Shown one piece after another: positions 28,000 through 41,498 of a stretch of DNA of 64,000 nt (the stretch's first letter is position 1; the number at the start of each line of letters is the position of its first letter). A program made the translations under genes and the position numbers. This DNA is from Microbotryum violaceum (lineage: Eukaryota). The stretch is taken from NCBI GenBank assembly GCA_001244265.2, contig CDLV01000010.1, forward strand, positions 1,674,001 through 1,738,000, written 5' to 3'. The notes under the pieces were generated by a model. That model had not been told where the DNA came from. It saw only the letters and a list, made by a program, of their open reading frames with translations, and did not search any database.

Positions 28000-29628
28000 T
28001 CAAGACCGCAAGTGAGCGCGTTGCGAGTCTGACTGCTCCGAGGTTCTTGGAACGACTTTCACTACGCCTTGCAGGGCGGCACGAGACCGTTTTATTCCAT
28101 GCGATGACGAGCTTGAAGATGATGAAAAACTTGAAAAGGGATTGTCCCTAAGCGCTGTTGATAGGCGCAAACGAGACCGCAACGCAGAGGTTGACGAAGG
28201 TTGGACGAGCTTGTCACGGATTGTTCTCACACCGACAGGTTTATGCTGACCCATCAACTCCGATCGCTGCTCTCGCGCAAAGAGCTCCTGCTGTTGTTTT
28301 GCTCTCTTCCATTCCCTCTCTTCTTGGTCCCGATCTTCTTGACGGGCAGGCGTCTTCAGATAATCCTTCGCCACCCGTTCCCCTAGACCGTACCGATCCC
28401 GAACGTTTTCCGCCCTCGCATCGCTTGCGAGACGCGCCTTCTTTGCGTGGCGGAAGGAAGCACGTAGACAAGACGATTTCGCGTATGGATCCGACCATTG
28501 TGCATCCCGATCTTCTTCCAACGCGTTCAGCTGAGCAGCGGCCGTGAGAGCTTTCGTTCGTTGCGTTTGCGACTTCTCCAATACTGCGAAGGGGTCGGGC
28601 GTACCGCTGGGGTCCGCAATCCTTTCATCTGGACACAATTAAAATCGGCACACTTCAGACACGACATATTCACCAATGCTGCTGACTCGTGTTTCCGACT
28701 CGGGTCTTACCCAGTACAACCCCTCCGTTCTCGGCTGGATCCCAGTCTTGATTTTGTTGTCGTGCGCCAGAATGCACTAGATATCTTGTATTCTGGCATG
28801 ACGAAAGGTGATTGCCGAACCAAGTCAATGATCTTACAGCTCTGGGACACCGCGCGCCTCGGAGTGAAACAGCCCAGCCACGTCGCGGCGTCACAACTGA
28901 CCTGAGGGTCCGTTCGGATCTCGAACCATTCCTGGCACAAGTGGCATTTGCAGCGAAAGTTCCAAATTGGGGTCGTGTAGTAGTTGCCAACCTTGCTGCT
29001 CGCATAGGCGAGATATCAAGCCCAATCGTCAGATTGGTGAACCTGGATCTCTTGAAGAAATGCAGCAACCTGCTTTCTCCCTGATGGAGGTGGCGAAGTC
29101 TCGGGGAGTGACATAGTAGACGCACCTTTTCTCGGCGTTGTACCTTACACCTTGGCCGATGTGCCCCTCGCAGTGGCCACACCAGATGTTGAAGGGTAGC
29201 TCGAAGCGAACGATGAGAATGCCCTTGTCCAGCTTGCGGGCGCTGTTGCGTTGTGGACATAGGGCAGCGATGCAGTCAAAGAAGGAATCGATGCGCAAAG
29301 GTTAGTGATGTACGCTCATTGAGCGAGCTCCTTCCTAGACGCGTCCTAGCGCGAAACCGAACCAGTCTTGGCAAGCGAGCGATGAGTTGGCGAGCGGAAG
29401 GCAAAGGGTAGCGAAACTCACCGATCACCCAATGCATGCTTTCCATGGACCTTGTTCAGTGATCCTTGCTCCGGCACATAGTCGGGTGGGTAGTACTATA
29501 TCGCCCAAGGCAGCCAGATTGCTCGCGTCAAAGGGATGCGATCGGTAGCGACGAGCGATGGTGTCAGAGCCGCGGATACAAGGTGTAGTGACGTGTCGAA
29601 GGGCACGCACCTTGTTGAAGCCTTGCAT
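28000..29628 (-). CDS. CCDC130: CWC16/YJU2-family splicing factor, CCDC130 (YJU2B/Saf4) type, multi-exon
   Basis: MQGFNK-YYPPDY, ILIVRFELPFNIWCGHC, GVRYNAEK, GNYYTTPIWNFRCKCHLC, IRTDPQN, WSDPY. Confidence 0.88.
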
Positions 29629-30140
29629 ATCAACCACGAAAGCGAATGGATATTGGGCGTGTGGTTTGGCGCATGAGATCGATCCGAAAAGGGCGGGCAG
29701 TGACAAGGGAAGAACCACCCGGCGCGACGGTCGATGGCTGCTTGAGCCATTTCGATCTTGCTTCCTGCAGCTAGCTGCAGCTTCTTGCTCTCTCGGACTC
29801 TCTTGCTTTACGTTCTTACGTAAGCTCACGTACTTCCGAGTTCACCGAACCCGACTTTTGGAAGGTCGCATCTGCACGCAGGACATGGCCAATGTCCACG
29901 AATGCGAGCAAAGCAAGCGCTACAGTGACCAGAGGAGAACTGTTGCTATCGACTAGCACCGCCGTTTCGAAGTTCGAAGCAGGATTGCCCAGGGGTCGGC
30001 AGAATCGCTCTCTTGCTGATACTGACCCTCCAACAAGTGAAGCTACAAGTTCTTGGCTTCTGCTACAGAGACCCTTCACAAGCCGGACGCTACTCATAGT
30101 GTGATACAAGGATTCTCGGATAATGCCAATAAAAGCAGGG

Positions 30141-32605
30141 CTACAATGCGGTCCCGGATCGCCACTTCTCGGAGCGCTGAAGGCACCCTGCAGCCAGTGC
30201 AGCGAGAAGGAAGCACAGCGACGAGAGGAACAATGGCAGTGACACATTGATGGACAGTAACAGTCCCGTTACGATTGGCGCAAATATACCGGCTAGCCGA
30301 CTGAGTGCGGAAGCAATCCCACATGCAGTGCCTCTGCATCGGCATCCAAAAGTCGGTCGTCAATTCTGTGTCCACTATCGCAACAGTGATCACGATCAAG
30401 ACTCACCGACTCGCCACCGGAAACGCTTCGGGGGTGTAACCGTAGATGACGGCATACATGAGCGTTGCAACAAGCGAAACGAACATCGAGCTCGACACGA
30501 CGCCAGCTTGCGATGTCACGAGCACAAAGATCAGAGTCCCCGCTGAAGTAGCGAGTGTCGAGAATGCGAGGGTCTTGACTCTCCCAAGTCGCCCTTCAAT
30601 CAGCCACGCACCCAACGGGGCTCCGGGCAGTCCGCTAACTACAACAACGCCCGAAATAAAAGCGAAGATGAGTTCATATCAGTACGGATCAATCGGCCGA
30701 TGGGATATCCGCGGACAGTTCCTCTCACCAGTGTATAGCACATCTGGAAAGCACGGAAGGGGACATTCAGCACCCCGGAGTTTTCGTCAGCCGATACTTT
30801 GCGTCGCCACGGCACTTACAATCCCACAAGCTCTGCGTCCGACTAGCCTGTCCGGTACTTTGGCCCAACCTCTGCTCTAGGTATTTGGGTAGGAAGACGT
30901 TGAATATGGTATAGCCCGCACTGACGAGGAACCAGATGGCCCAAATGCAAGAGGTGGTGAATCGGAGTTGAGGGCTGAACAGGTCACCGACCCGGGAGCG
31001 ATGCTCATCAAAAGCTTGCGCATAGCGTCGCTCTAGGAAGTGCCACCAGCCTGGACTTTGATTACGTGCGTGCATCCTTGGACGTCGAACCCCGACACGT
31101 TCAGCTGCCGATACCTCCAGACGTGTCTCGGAAGTTGGATTCTCAATGCTGTTTCTCGAATCGTCCAATGATAAGGGCAAATCCCCCATCGTGTCGTAAT
31201 CGGTCGTAATTCCGTTCCGCTGCATCGCGGCTGAAGGGGAATCAGGGACAGAAGATTCCCCGTCCACCACGTCACTGAGCTCCCACGACGTCGGCTCGCC
31301 ATTATAGCGAGAGATTCGTTCCAAGACGAGAACGGCTTGATCGGGCCGTCCACTGGATACGAGCTAAAGAACGAAAGGCGAAAGTAAGTTCAAAGCTTGT
31401 TAGCCCTTGCGAAAACGTCAGCCCACCGCTCCTGGCATGTGGCCCCGGCGGCTTACTACTCGGCCAGCATCAACTCACAAATTTTGCAGATTCCCGAAGC
31501 CGGAAAAGACCGATCCTGGCCAGACCCATGAAAAGGCTAACCAGCGCAAGGCAGCCCAGCATAACTCTCCACCCGTTGTTGTCACGAGAAACGTTGCATG
31601 TTTGATCTGCTGGCGCTGCCTCGGCACACGAGAAGCTCGGTAGGATCGTTACGCCAAGAAGCGAAGTCAGGACGGCACCGAGGGAAAAGAAGAACGAGAG
31701 CGCCGTCAAGAGGTAGTGGTGCGAAGGAGGCGAATTTTCGAGAAAGAGTGTCCCATCTGTGGGCATCGATCCGCCTACCCCAGTTCCTAGCCAGAAGAGA
31801 GCGAAACAGAGCCACGTGAACGAAGGTGCAAGTGCGGCGGCGAGACCGAAAGCCGAGGTGAGCAGCAAAGTCTGCGACAGCACGGGGACTATGGTGAGAC
31901 GAGGACCTTGGCCGAGGAAATAGTTTCGTGGGATGATCTTACTCACGAAGTGGAATGCGGGTCGTCTCCCTTTGGTGTCGGAGTCTGGTAGGCGCGTCAC
32001 CGTTCGTATGCACAGAGATCAGGAGCGGAACTTGCCTGGACCTAGCTCGGAAACTCACAGCTTCCCCACGCCTGCACATGATGAATCCCACGCCCCCAAG
32101 AGAAGACCAAGGCAGAGACCACAACGACCGAGCCAGGTAGGATTGGGAAACAATCGAGTATCAGTCGTCTCACGGTCTAGGTCAAGGCTTGGAGAGCGTG
32201 CGAACTGACCGCAGCGCCAAGCATCATACCGGCAAAGATCGAGGTGCTGAGCAGTCCAATCCATTGATCCCCGATAGCGAAGTGCTCTTGCACACGCGGA
32301 AGGATGATCGCAACGCACTGGAGCCACATGTTGTCGGCCATCCACCCGAACCCGCAGAGGACCAGCAGCATCTGTTGGTACGACCCAAAGCCGATGATCT
32401 CCAACGTTTGATCGAGCGGGGTTAACGACGGTGGGCTCCGCGTATCGTGCAAGTCTTCGAACTCGTCGGTCTCCTCATCAGTTGGAGGGTCATCACGGGC
32501 ATGTCGAGTTTGCCAGCTATCCTCAGCGTCCTCGATCATCTGTGCGGACGCATCGGGGGAACGGCTAGCAACGACGATGGGATGCGAGTCAGCATCACGT
32601 GCCAT
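30141..32605 (-). CDS. MFS transporter, SV2/SVOP-like, multi-exon
   Basis: IGFGSYQ, GFGWMADNMW, GVGGSMPTDGTLFLE, GWRVML, YGYTPEAFP, GTACGIASALSRLAG; stop at 30141-30143. Confidence 0.9.
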
Positions 32606-33185
32606 CGAGTCGGCGCTGCCTCGCTGACGACCTTCCTCGTCGAGCCTGTACTTTGACTGAAGCCTCGATCCCGGCGAGCGATTTCGACGCGATCAGGTGC
32701 TGTCGTGATGGCCAGATTGCGGAAAGAGGGCGGATGAACCAAGTGAAGCCGAATCCGAGCTCGCCGAGGGGAGAGCAAAGAAAGATTACCCGTCACGCGT
32801 CACGCTTGGAACGCGTGGACGAGCGCGAAGCAGCGCGAAGCACAGATCGCAGAAGCACTACCAAGCACGGCTTGATCGCTTCCACGACCGGGCCTGATGG
32901 CTCCGGTGTCAGGGTGGATGCTGGAAGTCACGGTGATCGGGCTGTGTCGGCATTTACACAGCGTGAAGTGCATTGAAAAATGGCCTTGGCGCAACGGATC
33001 TGATTCGCCTGAACAACAAAGAAAACTCAATAGCGCAGAGAGGACAACACAGGTTGGAAGACAAAGAAAAACCAGCTTTCCAGCGTCGCGAGCGCAGCTT
33101 CACCAAAACAATCACACACAGCGTCCCCATTCGCCGACCCTTCACTCCCACAGACCATCAAACCTCAGAGCGACAGGCCAACGCT

Positions 33186-35324
33186 TCAATCATCATCCTC
33201 AGTGTACATTGCTCCGTCGCCTTCATCGTCGTCGTCATCGTCGTCGTCGTCATCGTCCAATACCTCGGCACTAACACCAGCCCCTTTTTCTTTCTGACTA
33301 GCCGCTGCCGCGGCTCCTGCCCCCGACGGTGAGGAGTCGGTGCTGGTCTTCTTCCCCTTCTTGTGTTGATGAGCGGCAGCGACCGGCGAGCCTTTCTCCA
33401 GCTTCGTCCAGCCTCCATTTGCGAAACGCCACTCTTCGGATGGGATGATAGTCCAGAAGCAGCCTTTTTTCCCCGGGATCGTGTTGTCGGGTATTTTCTT
33501 GAACACGGGTTGAAGGGAAAGGTTATGTCGAATCGAGTTTTGCCAGCCGCACTCGTTCTTTTTATAGTACGAATCTGAGACGAAGAAGAATGTGTGGCAA
33601 GGAACCGAGGAATCAGCTCAGGTGGTCCCACGACAGGGACATGCAGGAAAGGAAGCAAAACCTCGGATCTCTTACAGTTGTTCGTGACAAAGTCGTAGAT
33701 CTCGGATAATCGGAGACGCTTGAGGGGGGCAGTCAAGATCGCTTGACCAATCAAGGCCGAGTACGAAAAGTTAGGCCGATTCGGATCGTGGGGGCGTTGG
33801 ATGCGGGTAACCTTCTTCACAGGAGACGCGTCCACGGACTCAGGTACCACGACGGGTTTCGCCGGCGCTGCGGGTTTTTTGGGTCGAGCTGTAGACAAGA
33901 CCGCGACCGGGGATGCGGATGCTGGCACCACTTCGGCGGGGGGCCGAGCCGCAGCGAGCATTGGTTTCGAATCGAGTGTCGCAGTCGCCGAGCCTCTCCG
34001 CGATGACGACGCTGCGGACACTGGCCGCCGTGAGTTCGTGACGGGAGGCACTGCGACCTTTGCTCTTTTCCGATCAGCTTCAGCCACGTCATAATCGGCG
34101 GCATCATTCTCGACCCCAACCGAAGGTGAGTGCGCAGATGGTCGAGACTTCCTGTGCGAAGCTCCGGTCTCGATGGATGTCATTTCGACGGATCTCTGTC
34201 GAGGCGCCGCGTTGGAGAGGTCTTCAAGGGCGAAAGGATCGTATGCGATCGATGTTGCGGTGGATGTCGATCCTATGGGTTTGGACGAGTGTGTTTGGCT
34301 GCGGCAAAAAAGGGAAAAGGTGATCAGTTGGATGGGCAATGCCGAGGGCAAGATCTCGACGGGGGTGTACCGAGCTCTTCCTATCGCCATCTCCTCTTCC
34401 GTAACGGGCTCGATCAAATGTGTCAAAATGTCTTGCAGCGCAGGCGATGTGGTAATCTCGAATTGAAGGCTGCAAAAGAAATTGCCGGTTGGTGAGCATG
34501 CGAAAGTGAAAGCATTGCACTTCACTATCTTGCCATGACCCGCCTTCGCTTGACAGCGGCCCTCTTGAGGTTCGTCAGCCAAAGTAGCAATTCCTCTGTT
34601 TCGTCCGTGGATTGCACAACTTCGAGCCGCTTGAAGCTTGTCAAGATCAAACTGAGCCCATTCCAGCCAGATCCAATCTTGGCCGGGTCAAGTAGGTGGG
34701 GGGGTGACGCAAAGTAGAGGTTGAGGGCATGTCGAAGAGTCGACCATGGAAATGTGACTCGCGAAGGGTGTGTAAGCAGCTGGCCGAAAAGTGACATGAG
34801 CATGCCATTTGTCGGCGCAACTGCAACAAGAGGGAAAAGAACGGACAGGGGAGGAGCAAGGGACGGAGCACGAGTGGAATGTGTTAGGTCCGCGCTACGG
34901 CATTACAATTGAGCCATGTAAAACGATCTCCTAATCTTTGGGAAAGACGGTCGAAGAGGAATGGGTGGGTCGGTCCATCGACTGTCTGCAACAAGGACGT
35001 CTGTGCCTCGAGAGAGGAAGCGACCCAACCTTCTCCGACAAAGCGATCGGTACACCGAAGAAAAGGCAAACCGGACCCGAACATGGAAACTCGGTCCACA
35101 ACTCTGTGTTGGAAGTGATAGCCTCCGAGGCGGTGACGATGGCTGGTTCGAGTCTTCCCTCGGTCGCCTGCCAGGCCGTTCGGGAACGGATCCAATTCGT
35201 ATACAGAGCTAGTACATCCACTAGATCCGCGATGGAGGGACAATGTACACGGCTACTGGCGCTCACCTGGAACACGTGTGCCCTCAAACAGAGAAAGCGT
35301 TGTCAAGTCTGACAGCAGCTCCAT
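33186..35324 (-). CDS. Forkhead (winged-helix) transcription factor, multi-exon
   Basis: RPNFSYSALIGQAIL...LRLSEIYDFV, GWQNSIRHNLSL, GKKGCFW; acidic tail; start at 35324 and N-terminal exons inferred. Confidence 0.82.
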
Positions 35325-35544
35325 AGCGCCGAGTTGTTGTTTGGCCGGTCGCCGTTCTCTTCGGGTCCGGCTCGAACACTTGGGGGTCTCGGGACTTCGA
35401 TGCGTTGCGATTGTGAGGCCGAGCGGGAAGCGCGGCAGCAGCGGGGCCTATGCGACGTCGATTTTAAATTCACCCAGTCGCTTTCTAACGGTCTTAAACA
35501 GCTTCAAGCCGGCGCGCGGTTCCACGGGGCAGACAATTCCGACT

Positions 35545-35800
35545 TCGTATGTCGTCTCTCGCTTGGAGCGTTGAATGTATGCTCTTTCTCCAATCGATCT
35601 GGAAGTTCTCTCGCCGCCGTCGATTTTCCTCGGAACCTTCGGGAACGATCACCGAACCGGCATCCGGGGGTCGCCTGGTATCTTTGTAACACCACCCATA
35701 CCAAGCTGAGGGTATGTTTGATTCTGATGACGAGTCCTACACTTGGCCTAGCCAGTTTAGTAACTCCTCCGATTTTTAAAATCACATTTTACGCTATTAT
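35545..35800 (+). mobile_element. Degenerate LINE 3'-end relic related to the element at 20780-21560
   Basis: Colinear shared blocks TCGATCTGGAAG, CGATCACCGAA, GGGTCGCCT..TGTAA and GAGTCCTACACT. Confidence 0.7.
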
Positions 35801-35952
35801 TGAGATCTAAATCAACCTGTAAGAGTGAATAAGTCTGTAGTGCCTCATTGACAGCCGCTTCGGCGCCGTACCGCTTGCTCTGACTCTAGGCGATTCCAAC
35901 TGGTTCGGATCCGACGGCCACTTTCGAGCACAGACTCCGCCCGCCCAAGCAC

Positions 35953-38900
35953 ATGGCCACCGCTCAGATGTTGTGGGAACCCCAAAATGTCGAGCAGACA
36001 CAGATGTACGCCTTCAAGAAGCACATCGAGGGCAAATACAACGTCTCCCTTGGTCAGTGTGTCCCCTTAGGCTCGTTTGAAGGTGGAGCGGTCGAGGATT
36101 CGTTCCGGCGGAACGATGGGTTGCCCGGCCGACCGTCGCCTCGAGCTCCTGCCGGAGGATATGCATGCCTAGCAATCTGACGCAGAGTGTAAACTGACAC
36201 TGGTATCTACCACCGGCGCCACAGATGACTATGCTGCGCTGCATCAATGGTCCATCGACAACATTCCACAGTTTTGGGAAGAGGTATGGGAGTGGACGGA
36301 TCGGCCCGTCGTAGCCAGTCGCAAGTGGGATAAGGTCAGTGTCAGCAAGGCCGCTGTTCTCCGCCGTTCTGTGGTTAGTGTTTCGAAACATACTCTACCA
36401 TCGGTAGTGCCCTCGTCCTCGATCCCGATGTATCAACCCCCTGCCGCGGCATCTGTCCGCAAGCGCGAGCGCGATTCGGAACGCGCCCACTCGGGCTGCG
36501 CACCGCGGTCGGTCGGCACCGGTAACCGAGCTGGCAAGCGATACCTAGGGGTAGAGGATTTGTGAACGTTGCAGTGCAGAGGTGCCAGATAACGGGTCGT
36601 GTTATTCATCGACATCTTCATTTTGCCTGGCACTTGCCATCCTTGTTTGCGCTCATGCTGTGCTTCACGCTGAACGGCTATGTTGATCTCGTCACGTGCC
36701 GGACTGTCTCGCTCCGCAGGTCATCGATCTCACCGTTCCAATGCAAGCGATTCCTGCTTGGTTCGAAGGCGCGCGATTGAACTGGGCGGAAAACATGCTT
36801 CGTCCTGAGTTCCGAACGAGTGAAAAAATCGCACTCATCCAAGTCGGTACGATTCTCGGCCGCTCGTTCGGAGATCTCCGTCCGATCGCGGGTGAAGCGA
36901 TCTCACCGATCTGACTTCTAGTTCATGCGCTTCGCGTTTTCTGTACTCCCCAGTCGAGCCCGAACCCACCGCGCCTTTGTCCTACACCCGCATTAGTTAT
37001 GCCTCCCTTTATTCGATCGTTCATTCGACATCCTTGGCACTTTCTGCTAAAGGCCTCAAGCCAGGCGATATTCTTGGCTACTACGGCCCGACGTCGCTTG
37101 CAAGCGTCGTTTTCTGCCTGGCTGCGACGTCCCTCGGAGCGATCTGGTCTTCTGCTGCCAGCGATTTCGGGTCCAAAGGCGTCTTGGAGCGATTTGAGCA
37201 GTTCGGCGACAACCTCTTCGGAATCGTTTGCGTCGACGGCGTGCGGTACAACGGCAAACGAATCGACCAGCGCAAGAAAGTTAACGAGATACTCGAAGGG
37301 CTCCAAAAAAATCGAGGCGAGAGAGCACTGCCTGTCATTCTTGTTGACTACCTGCAAGAAGGTTTGCCGGAGCCGAGCCAGGAAGGGTGGACGTCGGAGT
37401 TGACCTTGCGGAGTGAGGGAGAGGAGACGAAGAGAAAATCAGGTGCAGAGATGAAGTTCTATCAAACCAACTTTGATCATCCGCTCTGGGTTCTCTTCTC
37501 GTCGGGCACAACTGGAAAGGTGAGAGAAGTTCCGTCTCAACCTTTTGATACTTGCCACCGATTGACAAATGGGCAGTACTGATGTTATGACTTCACATTC
37601 TGCTCCGCCAGCCTAAGCCGATCGTTCACCGAAGCGGAGGGATGCTGCTTCAATCCAAAAAGGAGCACATGATCCATGGCGACTTGTCCGAAAAGGATGT
37701 ATTTTTCTACTACACCACGCCTGGGTGGATGATGTACAATTACCTCATCTCGGGCCTGCAGACTGGTGCCTCCGTCATTGTTTATGACGGTTCACCGCTG
37801 TGGAAACCGGAGCTTCTGTGGCAGATGGCCGATGAGCTTGCTGTCAGCGTTTTTGGGACCGTAAGTCCCCTCTACCACACTGCACTAAGTTTTGGCTCGG
37901 CTGAAGTTTATGTTCGTTTCATGTTCTTTTGTGCAGTCTGCTAAATACATTGATGTACTCTCCAAAGGATATTCCCCCAATCAACAGTTCGAGCTTGCGG
38001 CTTTGCGACAGGTGCTTTCAACCGGGTCACCTCTCAAGCCCGAATCTTTCGTCTGGGTGTACGAGAATATCAAGAAGAATATCTTGCTCGGTTCTATCAC
38101 TGGTGGTGAGCTATCCGCTATCGTATGGCTCGTCAGATTGGCGAGCAGCCGCTGAACGTGACGATCCGAACAGGCACCGACATTTGCTCGCTGTTTGCGG
38201 GTCACAATGCTATGCTGCCCGTCTATGAAGGCGAGATTCAATCTCTTGGCTTAGGCAGTGAGTGATTCTGTATTTTTTGATGACACTATCGAAGGCAATA
38301 CTGCATCCTGACTATAGCGACGTATTTGACAGTGGCGGTGGAATCTTACTCCGAGGATGGGAAATCTCTTCCGAGAGGCGAGCAAGGGGACCTCGTCTGC
38401 ACCAAACCCTTCCCGTGCATGCCGGTGTACTTCTGGAACGACGAAGGAAACGCGCGCTATCACGCGTCTTACTTTGACAAGTTTGAGGATGTGTGGGCCC
38501 ATGGAGATTTCTGCATCATCACTCCAAGCCAGAAGGGCAATGGAGGCGGCTTGTTGATGCTGGGTCGTTCGGATGGTGTTCTCAACCGTAAGTCTCCGCT
38601 CAGCAACTTCAGCAATCATCAATGTGGAATTAATGAACGGGGGTGTAATCTGTTCCGCAGCATCGGGTGTGCGCTTCGGTTCATCCGAGATTTACGAAGT
38701 CATGGACACGTTCCCTTCATCTATTATCTCGGATGCACTTGTAGTGGGACAAAAGACGCAAGGTGGCGCAGATGAGCGTGTCGTTCTCTTTGTCAAGATC
38801 GCCTCCGGCCAGGCGTTGACAGATGAATTGGTGAAGGAGATCAAGCTTAAGATCCGCAGTGCAAGAAGTGCGCGCCACGTTCCGGAGCGCATTGTGGAGG

Positions 38901-39067
38901 TGACAGATGTGCCTTATACCGTCAACGGCAAGAAGGTCGAGATTCCCATTAAGAAGCTTCTTACCGGTGCACCCCTCAGTTCCATCAACTTTGCCACCTT
39001 AAGCAATCCCGAGTGCCTCGAGGAGTATGTTCAGCTCGGGCAAAAGCTTCGAGCTGAAGTTGCATAG
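35953..39067 (+). CDS. AACS: Acetoacetyl-CoA synthetase, multi-exon
   Basis: WFEGARLNWAENML, LFSSGTTGKPK, GWMMYN, STGSPL, SITGGTDIC, WAHGDF, GRSDGVLN, GKKVEIPIKK. Confidence 0.93.
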
Positions 39068-40600
39068 ACGTTCATGAAGTTTATTGACTCTGGGGGTTCT
39101 GTGGGTTAGCTTCAGCTGTTGACACCTTGCAACCAAACACATCTTGTGATGCCTCATTTCAAAGAGGCTACAGAAGAAATTTTCCAAATGGGCGAACCGC
39201 CGTTCTGCCGAGAGATGGCAAGGGGGTGGTGACAGCAATGCATGCAGACTGTGGCGCTCGTACAAATGAGTAAATTTGCCTCATGCAGTCTGTATTGAGT
39301 TCAGCCCTCGAGCCACACAAGGTCATCGCGGCAGTCGGATCGAGAGCGACCTACTCCGCCTTCGCACTCACACCAAACTGGAATCTTGGGGCAATGCGGC
39401 GTTTGAAGATCATGCTCTTGATACAGTACTCGTGATAGGCATGTGGATGAGAACTAGGTGCACTTCCTCGTGCATCAAAACACGGGGACAAGCTTAAAAC
39501 CCATGATTGCTCCAACGATCGGTACGAGCAGGTCCGGCCAGTCGCACGATCGGCGTACCGGAGAGGCCGAATGGGGAGCTCAAATTTGAGACTGAAGATC
39601 GCTCACTATTAAGCTGACGAGGATGAACGAGGCGGAAGCTGGCATAGTGAAGACGCTGTGAGAGTAGATTCGAAGAGGTGCGATCTCGCGCTGGTCGCGC
39701 GGTGAATGCCGCAGTCGAATGCCGCAGTCGAGTCAAGTCGGGGACGTCCGAGGGCCAGCTTGACCGCGGCCGGCTTGCCTTGTCTTGTCCCCCATTGCAC
39801 ACACAAATGCACAACCATCTGGGTAGTGGAGGGCCAAGATCGAGCCAGGTGCAAGTGACGGGTTGAAAGGAGACACGAGCCAGCACGCCCTCAGAAGCCT
39901 TCAGAAGCCCTCAGTCCCCCTCAATGCCTGAGAGTGCCTGCAGCTGCAGCTCTCAGCATCCTCCGACACCACATGGCTCATCGCAGGGTTTCTGACCGCT
40001 GCAGTATCACGAAGGACAAAGATAGGAGGGATGAGCCGGACGAAAGGGGCTAGGGACGAGGGGCGAGCGACGAGGACGAGTCGAGCGATGTTCTAGGGAC
40101 TTCTCAAGAGAGGCAAGGACGAGGGATGGAAGGATGTGACCTTTGGCGATATTTGAGTTGCAGAAGAGAAAGAGAGAAGCAAGCTACGAAACTGGGGGTC
40201 CCTAGCTAAGTCGAGGCGGTGGAGACTAGGAGAGGCCTTGAGGAGGCGGTGCTTCAGTAGGCGGTGATTGGTGACCGGATGCAATAATAGTCGGGAGTCG
40301 CGATCGAGAGTCGAGGGCGAGAGCCCAAGAGTCGAGAGCACGGCGTAGGAGACGAAAAGGGAAAGGGGCACAGCGCGACACAAGAAGGGCGGGGCGAGCT
40401 GCGTGGGAAAGACGAAAGCGCACGGAGATCCAGAGTCGAGAGTTGCGGAATCCTCATTCATGACATGCAGCAGCAGTGTCGCGCAGTTTTCCGACGCCGA
40501 TATGAAAAGCAAATCAATTTTTGTGGGTGAAAATGGGAGGTTGAAGCCATGAGTGAGGGAGTGCGTGAGAAAAGGTTGGGTAGTGCGGAGGGGGCGATCG

Positions 40601-40608
40601 AAAAAAAA
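40601..40608 (-). terminator. Pol III terminator (T8) of the tRNA gene
   Basis: Eight T on the minus strand directly after the tRNA 3' end. Confidence 0.7.
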
Positions 40609-40693
40609 GGGCCGCTGCGGGATTTGAACCCACCACCACGCCGAAGAACGATGTAGACCCGAACGGCGTATGCAACGACTACACCAAGCGGCC
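40609..40693 (-). tRNA. tRNA-Pro (anticodon CGG) with ~13 nt intron; atypical D-loop
   Basis: Acceptor stem GGCCGCT/AGCGGCC, anticodon stem CGCCG/CGGCG around TTCGGG, T-arm GTGGG-TTCAAAT-CCCGC, followed by T8. Confidence 0.8.
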
Positions 40694-40899
40694 TTACGAG
40701 GTGTCAGTACGAAGTTAGACCAATATATCCCATAAACCCTCGAGGCATGTCTCCAGCCGCGCGCCGGTGTTGACGGCCACCCGCCCGCGCTGCACCCGAC
40801 CGAGGCGTGTCCAATGGACTGTCACATGCTCCGTGACTTTCCCCGGAAATCTCTGGATTGTGTGTTTTTGTGCGAAGTAGGCCTGTTTTGCAGTTGCAG

Positions 40900-41495
40900 T
40901 CATTGGAATGGGGGTGATCTGGGGTCGTGCGGTCGCGAGGGGGGGCCGACTTTGGTAACCGAAAAGGGGTTTGGAATCCGCGGTGGAGATCCAGCGCAGA
41001 CGGGTACAAGGGGTATGTGATTGCTGCGGTCGCAGGGGGTTACATTCCCCCTTTGGACCACGTGAATCATTTGGATTGAGCGGGATGTTTGTGCCATCGG
41101 AGGCCTTGTTCGACGCGTCTCAAAGAATTAAGGGGCTTCAAGGAGTATGGCGGTCTCAGGGGGGGGCTGAAGTCAAAAGATCGAAGAAGGTTCAACTGTA
41201 CGACTATAATCGGATTCGCCTGTACAACACATGTACCATCACCAACGACTCATCCATCTTTTCCCGATTCCTTGTGTATAATCTTCAACCTTCCTTTCAT
41301 TCGTCTCTGGGAGGGAGCAACCGTGGGTGGGGGGACTTGAACTCGGATGTATCGGGTTGGTCTGTTCTGCTAGTTACAACGCATCAAGCGGCGGTTGTGG
41401 TCATCATCGTGCATGCTGGGTAGCATCTCCTTTAGTTCCGTAGGGAGTTTTCTCGTCTTGCAAATTAGCGATGAGTTTCATACAAAAAAAAAAAA
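40900..41495 (+). mobile_element. LINE 3'-end fragment with poly(A), unit 1
   Basis: Ends in A12 (41484-41495); 3' UTR blocks resemble 46975-47182; 5' boundary uncertain. Confidence 0.6.
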
Positions 41496-41498
41496 TTT

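Noticed and set aside
39500-40520. Purine-rich tract and short repeats before the tRNA as a possible transposon remnant
   Set aside because: No terminal repeats, TSD or protein motif found
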